The notes under the pieces are model-generated. The model did no database searches, was not told where the DNA came from, and saw nothing but the letters and a program-made list of their open reading frames with translations. This document shows, one piece after another, positions 1 to 12,000 of a stretch of 64,000 bases of DNA. Every line of letters begins with the position of its first letter. Within the stretch, counting starts at the first letter, position 1. The stretch comes from Tubulanus polymorphus (Eukaryota; Animalia; Nemertea), in assembly GCF_964204645.1 (NCBI RefSeq), contig NC_134032.1:8792275-8856274 (forward strand). Reading direction: 5' to 3'. Made by a program: the position numbers and the translations under genes.

Positions 1-89
1 GTGTTATGTACATATTTCGTGAAATCGGGCACAGGCGAAACTAAATTGCGGTTTACGAGTTTCTAGCCCACGTATTTGCAGTTTTATCA

Positions 90-3000
90 ATGGACGACAA
101 TTTCTTCGTAACCTTAAAAGCGACGACTCGCTCGCAAAGCGACGTAGAACCCGGGTCCTCCGTTCAACAACAGATCCCATCGCTAGATGATGAAGCAGTC
201 CGCCAGGCGGCAGTAGAGGACGGTGATACGGCACTAGGCGGGTCGGCTGAGGAAGGGAAGCCACTAGATGGCGATCAACCGATAGACGGCGCTAGCGAGG
301 TCGACGACGCCCCATTATCGTCGCGCCTCAGCCACGCTTCGATGATTCACTATCTGTGCTCGAGATGCGGGTCGGCGTACAGTTACGACAGTTGGGTGTA
401 TCGCGATCGTGCCGCCGGCGGGGGCGCTGCGATCGACTTGGGCTGGGAATACGAATCGCTACTCGGCGACGAAGAGCCGTGGCCCGTCGGTCTGGTCGAG
501 TCGCTCACCGAGGACCAGTGGACGTACGCCTTCAGCAGCCGGGGTACGTGTTTGTTGAAATTCGTAGCGAGAAAACTATAACTTTAGCAAAATCTAGATA
601 TTAAAATTTGAGTCAAATCGATATCTGAAATTCGGTTTTCTTCCACAGAAACTTAGATTTTAGTTCAACTGAGATTTCTAGAAAACAACATCTTTCTTTT
701 TTTCAAACCCTTGATAAATTATTTCTACTAAATTTCCAAATTATTCAATCAGATTTGACTATTTTGGCCTGAAACGGAAATATTCGCTAAATGCGTCTAG
801 AAAGATTAAATATGCGAAAATAATGTATCGTAAAATCTGTGTTATTATTGTAAAGCTCAAAAGCTATTGCACCGTTTGAGATTTGTTTGATGTGTCCGTT
901 TTCACGTGTTTTAAATGTCCGTTTGTCTTTGCACGCGCACAGAGAGCACGTCGCGTCTCACTAAAAGTGAAGAGGCTACCATGGAAAGCGAGGCCGGTAT
1001 ACAGGAGCAGGTGCGCAGAGAGGCTATGTACAGCCTCTATCAAGGTAAATGTTATCCGTGAAGCCTCGAACCGTCTGTAGATACAAATAGCGATGCTATT
1101 CGGGGACGTCTAGCTACTTTACGTGGGGGGGGGGGGCAACAAGGGAGGGTAATTGTTCATGTCATGCATTCATTTATGAAGGCTCATCTTATCTGAGAGG
1201 AAAATTCCCGATGGTGTCATAGTAGTCAGCCATCTGACAGACTGTATGACATCTAGAATTTTTGGGTAGAAGCTTGGCACCAGGAGGCAGCCGGCTTTTC
1301 TTGAAGTGTTCATAATATGAGCAATTTCAATTGATGTCAAAGGGGAATTTATGAACGCAGCCATTTTGTCGATAATAGTAGAGGTAATTTGATGATGTCA
1401 TAGGGAGATATATTTCTGAATGGCAATGTGATAGGAATAATTCTAATTTGATGATGCCATGAGAAAATTATGGAAGCAGTTATGTTTTCCGGATGGATTT
1501 ATAAGGTTATTTCGATGACGTCATAGAGGGACGACAATGAAATTTTCTTACTAATCTGATCTCTCCGCAGTTCCGGCGCCATTTCGAGTTATGCCGACGG
1601 AAAAACCGCCCACTATCGCTCAGGACCCGTTCTCGAAAAATCGCGCCCTGAAAATACCGCAATACAGCAAGTTCTCGACCCAGAAACCCCAAGGCGAAGC
1701 GATTTACGGCAAAAACCCGTTCGGCGGAGACCGCGAGTTCGACTTGCGACGCGAGAAGATGCGCGACGCTCAAGGTCGCGGAGACCGGAAATCCCGCCTG
1801 CCGCCGATACCAGCGCAGGAACCTTACAAACGACCGGTAATTTGATGAAATTCTTAATTTCTGGAAAACTATACTTTTCTTATAAAGGAGAGGATATCTA
1901 TAACTGAACACAAGACTCATCGGGAAAACTGTTCATCCACATATGAAATGAATTTATGTTAATCAAAATTCAACCGAACATAAAATCATATTTTTAATAT
2001 TCAAAATGATCCCCGGGAAAGTCCGTAAATCTATCTTGTTCATCATCAAAAGACTAGTATTTCTTGAAATGAAAAAAAAAACTTATTATCAACAGCAGTT
2101 AATTCCTTTGAATTCTTAAATACGATCTTTACCGAAAATACGAATTTGCGAAAACGTAGATTTCGTATTTCATTTTTTCTCAATGTGACGTTTTCAAATT
2201 CCTTTAATGAAGAAAATTTTGTTTGAAAGTCGTTTTGAATTCATTCTTACATTATCAATATTAATATCAATAATTGATTTCAATCAGATTTGTATCGTTT
2301 TTTACATTTCGTGAATATTTCAAATATTGATTTTAGTTAATTTCGTGCTGAAGTTAATCCGCCTACTTCCAATTCCATTACAAAAAATATAACCATTTTG
2401 GCAGCACGAAAAATCGGGGTTCATTTTCTATATTTCAGACTAAAAAGCCCGCGGCAAGCGAGGTATCGAAGAAGACGCGACGGAAAGTTGACGATTCAGA
2501 AGAGAAAGATGGCGCTGCAGTAGCGAAACTAAAGTCTTCCGTACAGATTGTAAGTTGAATACAATAATTTTCGTTACGTTGAAATTTTCGCTCCTAAATT
2601 ATTTTCGAAATATCTTTTTCTTACGCATATATCATAATCCATAATCTACTTTTTAGCCAATGGACGACGAGGACCGACATCGACCGAGGTAAAAATGTGG
2701 TCCATTAAGAATTTGATAGAAGTTGCAAAAAAATTTCTATAATCGGGGGCGGATCGGTGGGGGGGGGGGGGCGGTAGGGTTAGGGGTCTCGACCCACTGC
2801 TCGGTAATCGAAAATTTTCTGACAGTGATATCACTAACCACAATGCTAATCTTTATCGATCGCTATTTCGGCGCCTGCCAGAAATTACTGTAGGTAATGC
2901 ACACATTTTTATGCGCTTGAACCCTATCTGGCCAAATTTCTGTATCCGACCCTGAAGATATTTCCATTAAGGCACAGCTTAAAATTGAAGATTCACTTGA

Positions 3001-6000
3001 TCATCGTATAAAATGTTTGGTTTTTCTATACGTTACCTTCATTTCTGGATAAGTGCTAGGATATCGGGCGATAAAGATATCTGAGGATAAAAAGTGGTTT
3101 CAACAATCATATAATATCGTATCATGTTCATAATTTCCGACGAATAACTTCCCGAAATTGGAAAAAACTGTATTTTCTTAATATTCTTGGGAATGTTTTT
3201 TAGAAGAATTTGCTATTTTCTCCTTCAATTTTCAGCTCAACTGATTCTGGGGTCGATACTTCAGCTACAGGTATTTCCCACCGTGTCCTTCACCTTCCAA
3301 CTGGATGTCACGTGACTTCCCTAACACACAAATACTAAATTGATTCTAAGGTTTAGAAATTGATACCTTGTTTCTCATTTCTGCTGATTTTAAATCAACC
3401 TATCTACCCTTATTACTTTCACAAATACATCCGGCAGTTATTGAGATGAACCGATGACCGGGCCGATTAGGAGAAACACGATATCATTATTAGGCTAACA
3501 AACACGACCTTTTATCGAAGCTGCTAAATTATATTTAGTTTCCATTATTTAATTTCTTTTTTCCCAATCCTGAATTTTTGATTTTTTTTGTTCTGCAAAT
3601 TTCATATAATTAGTTCAGGATCGGGTGTAACGAAAAATTTCAACTCAAAATAAATTTATCATCAACCGAACTTTTCGAATTGATTTCAGAGTTAAACGTT
3701 TTCGTGAGCCCAGTTCAGTACTAAAGCTTTGATTAATTTATAAATCAAGATTAAACCTCAATTCGGCTTTGGTTAATTCTGCTTTGCTTGTTTTTAACCG
3801 CGAAAAATACGCTTTTTAAGTTACGTTTCTGGCTTGTAGGTCGCTTCGCTTCGTTTAAGAAATACGTCATCGCCGAACGACAGAGGAGAGGAGCCACCGG
3901 GCGTCAATCATCCAGACGACCGCAGTCCGCTTTCTCAGATCCGGATCACAATGACGTATTCGATTTATTGATCGACGCCGCGCAGACGACGACGCGTCTC
4001 TCGTCTGCCGGAAGTCAATGCGCTAGTGTGCGGAGCACGCGCAGGAGCACTTCCGCCGACGCCGTATTGGAACCGAATCGGCAGCGACGCGAAACCGCGG
4101 AGGAAATGATCATTCTCGAAAAACTACGCAAGAAAAATAACACAGATATTACGAAAAAGGTAGTTAACTCGCGAGATGGCGCTGTGATAAAGAACACCAT
4201 AGGTACCCTAGAGGGCACTGGAATCAAGGGGACAAATGACTCACTAAATGGCACTGTTGACTCACTAGATGGCACTTTTTCAAACAATTCATTAGATGGC
4301 GCTGAGCCGACGATACCATCAGTTAGAATAGAGATAGATATGCGGTCCCTGTTTCCAAAGAATGTTGACGGCGAAACCGCAGAAGGTCGCACCGGGAGAC
4401 GACTGACTAGAAAAATGAGAAAATCTAAGAGCGTATCTCCCGGAATGGCCGGTAGGCGTCGCCGTAAGAGAGCATTGACGTCGACCGATGTCGGTATTAA
4501 AGTGCGTTCGGAATCAGTCGAAAGAAAGAATCGACTCGAAGGGGTAGATCAGAAGTGGCGATTAGATCGTAATGAGCATATGCTGGATGACGTCATTAGG
4601 GGGAAAGCATCGGAACGGGGTCAGCTGCCCGGGATTGAAGATGAGCTTCGGAGACTAAAAAAACAGCGCAGTAAAAGCGGAAAAAACCACGAATCTGAAA
4701 GACCCAGGTCATGTAGAGTTTATAAACCAATCGGGGATAAACACAAACCTAGGAGATCTAAATCGGCAATAGGTGGCGACTTACATAGCCTGACGTCACC
4801 TAACGATGGATCCCGTGAAGATCATTATTATTCATGGAACGCCGATGAAATGTTCTTGAAAGCTACCGGTAGGGGGAGCTTTACAACAAGCAGTTCCCAG
4901 AGCAGTGGCCGAACCGTGTCGGCCTCGAGTTCGAATGAACTGCTGACCCAGTTTTCGGACAAGTCGTCCAAGAACTCGTCCGACAAGTCGTCCGACAAGT
5001 CATCTGACAAGTCGTCCGACGAAGGTCAAGGTGAACCGCAAATACGCAACGAACGTGGCGGAAGTGCAACATCACAACCGAAAACGTCAGATATCGAGAA
5101 ATACGCGAAAAAAAGAAAAAGAAAGAGGAAGCCGAAAAAAGAAATCGCGAATTTGATAGGGGAAGAAGAAATAAACCGAAAAGAGGCCATGGTCGCCACG
5201 ATTTTGCAGGCGGTTAGCAGTAAATTGCGGAACGTCGGACGTTCGAAGTCTCGACAAAAAAGTCCGGTCAATAGCGTCGGCGAATCGGTAGAAAACGAGA
5301 ATGGAAAGAAGGAAACGGCGGTAGTCGATGATGGGGAAGATTTCTCCAAATTACCGAGTATTAAGGACATGCTGAAGAAAATAATAGGAGCCGAATCGGC
5401 CCCGAGCGAGCCGGCCGCACCGGTAAACGAGGTAGATTCCGATACGAAAGCATTCAATAGAAATCTATCGGATTTTGTTTTGTTTTCGAAAGAAATGAGT
5501 GAAAAACTGAGCGCGCAACAATCGCGGCGGCCAGACGATCCGATGCCTTGCCCGAGAAATAATCGATACATGCAAAGAGCTAAGAGTTTCAGCGCATATA
5601 CGACGAAACAACCCGAACAGCGCACGCGCAAACAGTCGCTGTCGGCGTGGAAGGTCGATTTCCGCCAGGGGGCGCCGCTCGTCGAGAAAGGGTCAGAAAC
5701 AGATTGCGCTTTAGACGGTGTAATGGCGCACGGAAAGAAGAAAACACCTAGAAAATCTCGCGCCAGGAGTAAGGAAATTCATAAAGAAATTGATTTGAAA
5801 AAAAAAATTTCAAAATTAGGTTTATTAGATGCATTTTTTACTATCATTTCTCAAAATTTGAAATCAATTTTTTTCATTTCAGTTTTTTCTATTACTTGAA
5901 GTTTCGCTATAAATTCTAATCATAATTTATTTCTAATATGTAAATTTCATTAACATTTGCTTACGTCATTTGCATCTTAATTTTTCGCACTATCGCTTGA

Positions 6001-9000
6001 TTCCATCTGATTTATCAAATCCTTGTTTAATCAATTACCTCTGATGACGATCCCGATAAAATTGTTAACAGATCCGCGTCGAGTACGAGGTAGACCGCTG
6101 AAAATGACGAACATTCGGGACACGGCAGGTATAGCATAGTTTAACCCCCTAACACCTATCACCACCTAACCGACCCCTTTTCGACCTGCATTCGATAGCA
6201 AACGGATCGATCTGAGAATAATTGCCTCGAAAATAAAATTTGAAAAAAAAATCTTTAAATGAAATTATTAGACTCATTATCGTTATCATCGTCTAATCTA
6301 TACGTATCACGCATATTTTATTCAACTCCAAATTTTTTTTTCGTATGTGAATATCTTAGATACGGACATTTTTAAATTCGGATACTTTGAACCTCGGAAA
6401 AAATCTGTGCCGTAATAACTTCAGTGAATGGATTCATTCAGGAATATAATTCAATTTTGATTATTTTTTTGGAAATCTTGAACAGTCTTTGTACATTTCA
6501 TTTATTCTCTTTTATCATTTTCGGCTTGATCAGATTTGTTTTGTTTAATAAACTTGGTTTTCAAATTTATTTAAGACTCATTTGATGTAAAACTAATTCA
6601 ATGATTTAGACATTTTAAAATGTTAATCAATCCATTAGGAATTTGACTACAAATACGTTTGTACAGTGTTTAAAAGAATTCATTTTACCTAGAATAATTA
6701 AATAACGATAATGCCCCACAATGATGATTTAACAATAATGCCCCACAATAATGATTTAACAATAATGCCCCACAATAAACACGTTCCCAAATGTTTTGAT
6801 ACTTTCTCAGTTTGTATCAAAAATATTGCCAATTTCTGGTCCTTGAGTCCTGAAAAATGATAAATTTACAGCGCAAAATCGTACAAACGTGTCAATTATA
6901 CTTCTAAACACTTTATTCGCGGACCAGTTTATGAATTGAGCCTGGGCCATAGAGCGCTTTATCCGCCTGTGATCTCGACTTTCAATTTATTACGTAAGCT
7001 ATTCGTGGACAAAATGCGGCCGGCGCATAATAGAAACTTCGCTCTATGTATTCTTTCATTACCGCCGACAAAGAGGACCGATATTTCGCAAATTGGATTC
7101 GGGAGGTTTAAACCTCCCAAGGTCAAATCACTAAAATTGTGACCTTCGTGGAGATTATCTAAAAAGCCGATGGTAATCAAATTTAGCAGAACTTTTTACC
7201 CAAACGTTCAATGGTTTGAAAATCTTTCAATGGCATTCCTAAGTATTTGATGAAAGTTGAGAAATCATAAGATATTCATAAAACAATGGACTCTAAAACC
7301 TAAATCGTTTAAGAGTCCCTGATATAAAAAAAACTTCGCATAACGAAGAAGCAAAAATTCGAATCTGATTCATCTGTTTGGAATTGATTCTTATGAAATG
7401 GAAACAAATGCGTGAACACTACTCATTGATTCGTTCATTATTGTACAATATGTTTTATTTGTTGACCGTAAGACGTTGACATTATGTCAATTTCATTCAA
7501 TTTACTTTGCGGCTTTACAACGGCTATTTCACTGGTTCTGCGTGATGAGATAATTCTGATTAAAGTTATTGTATTAATTTCTACATGTATATACGTAATG
7601 ATACTCTTTCTGAATAAAAGATGCACGTTATTCGAATCCCCACCATTGTTCTCTACAATGTACGTTAATCAAACTCACGATAAAACCAGAGCCAAAACCA
7701 TGGACTCAAAAACGAAGAATCCGTGGTCAAACATGCAATTCTAATTTCCCCGTTAGTTCACTGATGCCGTCAGTTTCTATCGAATGCAAGGATTCTAGCC
7801 AATCAGAGAGGCGCATGTACACATCCATTGGCATGTTAGTTATAGTACAACTTAGATAATAATCAAGGTTCGAGCCAATGTCAGTATCTAGAATATGTTC
7901 TTTCATCAAATACAAATAACTCAGCAGTAGTCAGTTAGTTGAGTTTGTTTGACTTGTTTTGTATTTCATCAATCAATCTATTTCATTTTAGTATCAAGTA
8001 CCATCTAAACGCTTGAATTGCTTATAACACGACCAGGTATGAATTAGAATAGATCGGCTTAATATTTCGAATGCAAATTTGCCGATTAAGCAATCGGAAA
8101 TTCGAAGTGCTTGAGAAATTTTTCAATACGCACATTACTTCGAATAGCGATAAGTTCATTGACACATGTGACAATTGTTTTGTTACTTTCGATAGCGAGT
8201 CGAATAAGCTATGCGACAGCTAACGACAGCACAATCGCAATATCAACAGAAGTTCATTTTATCCTACACGATGAGGCTAAATTCAGTGAAATCGATCCTG
8301 TTCTGAAATAAATATTTTCCTTGATACATTTTGTTTATTGTAGCGATTCTATGCGGTTTATACATTAACCTACTATAACATATTTGACCGTTTTCAAGAA
8401 CCCAAAAATTACAATTTTCTGGGAATCTGTTTTTTTTTCAAAAACAACCCAAACCCGAAATTGTGTACAGTTAGTACGCAGCGTATATAATGTCGGATTA
8501 GAGAATATTGAAAAAACTTAGAAAAAGTTCAGTGAAGGAAAATAAGCTCAGCAGTGACAAATTGTCATTTCATCCCCTTCACGTGATTAATTGATGTCCA
8601 AATATGTTCTACCGTGAAAACTCTGCATTTAGTGTCAAACGAATTTTTGTATACGTATCTCAGGATGCATTCTCTTCAAAAAGGTAGCCTATTAGGAAAA
8701 AACTTACCCGGTAAAATCCTAATTTGTCCTAAACGATATTCCAACTATTATTTTGTTAATTATTCAACTATCATCACTAACTGAGTAAGTTAGTTGAACT
8801 TACATAAAGATATTTCATTAGGGACACTTCAATTTCACACCATTCAATATCATAAGGGAACAAAATTCTTTGAAACTTTGTAGTTCTTAAGACTAGGTTT
8901 TGTTTCCGAAATTTACTAAATGCACCAATTCTAATAATTCACTCATTGAAGCTTCTATACATAAGAAGCGAAAGCTCGTGCGTCGAAATAAAGAGTTTAA

Positions 9001-12000
9001 CCTTTAAAGTACTACTCGTCTCTTCATTTAAATTCAAATAATATAAGTCTTTGTTGATTCTTTTTTGTTGGAATATGCATAACTTTTTCTGGGCAAATTT
9101 CTATATTCTGTCGAGTCATGGACTCTAAAACGATGGTCAAGGTATTTTGGCTATAAGGAATATAACTAACTCCCTGGGGCAACGATGTGGCTGATGAAAT
9201 GATCTCTCCCATTGTAATCCCACCATTTAATCACTCATTGTATAACAATCTCTCAATTAAGCCTCGGACTCTTAAACGAATTATGAGTGCATGCTTTAGT
9301 ATAGGCTCTGATATAGAGCATATTGTCTTGATTTAGAACATGTATGCATAAACTCTAGGCTGCAAAGAAATACGTTTTCAGCGGCTCTAATCGAGTTAAA
9401 TCTTTCGTGATAGATTAACACAGAGAGGCGGCACCCAATCGCTGCTTATTGACATTAGGCACAAGCCACTGTTATGTTCATTAGTAAAACTAATATAGAA
9501 TGAATAAGTGAGGAGGGAAAATGTATAAATTAGATTTATAAATGAATTTATAAAAATTTAGCATGCATCGGAGTGCACTTAAATTGGATTATTACAAAAT
9601 AACTCACTTCAAAATTTATGATATTGTTTCATTGATATTTATTACTTTAAAGCAATTCACTTTAAGAACTTTGGTCAACAATAAGTCTGACCTGCAAATC
9701 AAATCATCGGGAGACAAAATACTGCTTCAAAAAATTATATTGCTAATACATTCCTAATCTCAACCTTTCGCCATAAACCTACTGGATTTAGGGCCTGGGG
9801 CATTTTAGATGGTTGTAGGTAAAAATCCCCTAGGTAAAATCCTCACTTGGCGATTTTTCAAGAACGTTTGAAAGCACGATATTTATTCAAACATATTCAT
9901 TCACAATAAAACTGCAATATATTTTAACTGTGCATTGAACTCTTTTGTTGAAATAAATCTTTAAATAAATTTATAGAATAAATGAAATTAATGAACTTTT
10001 TATTCATACTATCTTTTAATTCGAACTAAATAACTCTTTTTAACTTGTGGTATATTTCACTGTGCTGTGCGATAAAATATTAGAAATAAAGAACTCTTAA
10101 TTTGGAATATCTTAACTTCGAGCTTGTAATATATTTTAATTGGCGATGAAATCTTTTTAACTTGCGAGCGATGTGAACTGTGCGATAACTTTAAGCATTA
10201 TTTAAGTATTAATGAACTGTTAATTTGTCGTATTTCCTAATTTCATTTGTACAATAATAAGTATGCTTATGATATGGATTCGATTTACGTATCAATATTT
10301 TCATGTTGACGGGGGCCTGATGATGGCTAATAGCATTAGCCGAAACATTGCTCGTAGAACATTTGATTTTTAGCTGAATTCATTGTGGGATTTGTCTCGT
10401 TATTCACCATACACGGATATTGTGTATTTTCTTCTCATTTTCATGTTGGTTTTGAACAACTTAAATTTTGCGATTCTAAAACCTTATTAACTTTAGATGA
10501 CAGTAATACCTTCAATTTACATGTAAAATATGATCACTGCTGAAAGTGTAATAAGGAATATATATTTACTCCAGTGACAATATTTTGATTCAAAGATTTA
10601 ATTCAATCATCTAGTCTGAGTCTGTATGGTAAAACTTCTGGCTAACCAAGAGCTAACCGAATACCGGTATATAGAAGGTGGTCGCTTGAAAATTAGTTAA
10701 TTTACGCAACAGGAATCTATCTTGATTTCAAGGGCACTCCAATTAGGCCTAATCGTTTCAATAGTGACCACTGTAAATTAGCCAGTAGTTTAAATGACCG
10801 AATTCAATCAACCGATTCGTATCCTAAGAATGAGAATTGTATCTAACCACAGTAGTTATTCCTCATCAAACGTTCGGTCATCATATTATACATCTATACA
10901 TCATTACTATCATCTTCAGTTAATAGAAGTGCAATAAAATCTAGAATCTATGAGTTGAGTTTTTTTGAACATAATAAATTGTGTTGATTTTATGTTAGTT
11001 AAATCAAATATTTGGAATATTTTACCGGGGGATTTTTACTTTGGGGATATAACCTAAATTATTTTATATCATCGGTTTTCATTAAAAAAAAAAGAACTAT
11101 TAATCTTAACTACACTTATATTCCTTTTGGAACATTAAGATTCTTTCATTGAATTTAATATGTTATTTCGTACAATAGTTCATCACAGTGCGTCATTCAC
11201 GCTTAAATGTACAAAACTTCTTTACAAAGTTCAAAATATAAACCAACAATCTCATCTCAAGCATGTACTAGCGCTGACGCTATGGGATAAAACCAAGTCT
11301 CGATTCATTGCCTAAAATGTGGGTACATTCATTCAAATCAGGACTAAAATACGCTTATATGAATATCTTGCATGATATCATTTTACAGGGTGTCTCATAG
11401 GCCTGGTTTTACTTGTACATTGTCATCAATTAATTAAACATCCCAAGTAACTTCTTTATTTACTTATGGCTTAATCACTGGTATTCAATAGCTAGTCGGC
11501 TATAGAAAGACTAACCCGATAAAATTCCATTAACCGTTCGTCCAGAGTCGAACACTCAGGCGTTAATTCGCAACGATTTTAAAGAAAGAAAATGATTGCA
11601 TGAAATCTAGTTTTGGTATCAATCGGCGTCCAATCTCTTAAACCATCCTAAACACAGAAGGGTAGTAGTTTGTGTCTATTTGCTTTTGCTGATGTCATTT
11701 AACATAACAATGGAAATGTATTCGTTTATTTGGAAATTATATGAAGATATGGAGTAATCATGTGACAAATCAAATTATTACTGCAAGGCAAAACATAGCG
11801 CACTTCAGATATATGATATGGCCTTAAAGACTTTTCATATATTAACAGTCCATTTTAACGTCTATTGATATGAATAGTCCAGTTTTGATATGACTGTCGC
11901 AACAGTTGGAATAAAACCTATGAAATCTAGGAGCATTTATCTCATGAAATTTAGATTTGAGATAATTGTATTGTATTATATGAGGATTAAACATTTCAAT

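Noticed and set aside
3788-5899. Standalone 703-aa single-exon gene
   Set aside because: Starts at a TTG inside an intron and runs past a donor at 5769; it is an internal exon (3840-5768).
7727-9212. Short - strand ORFs in the large TIR element as transposase remnants
   Set aside because: No recognisable DDE, HTH or zinc-finger motifs by eye; a translated HMM search would be needed.
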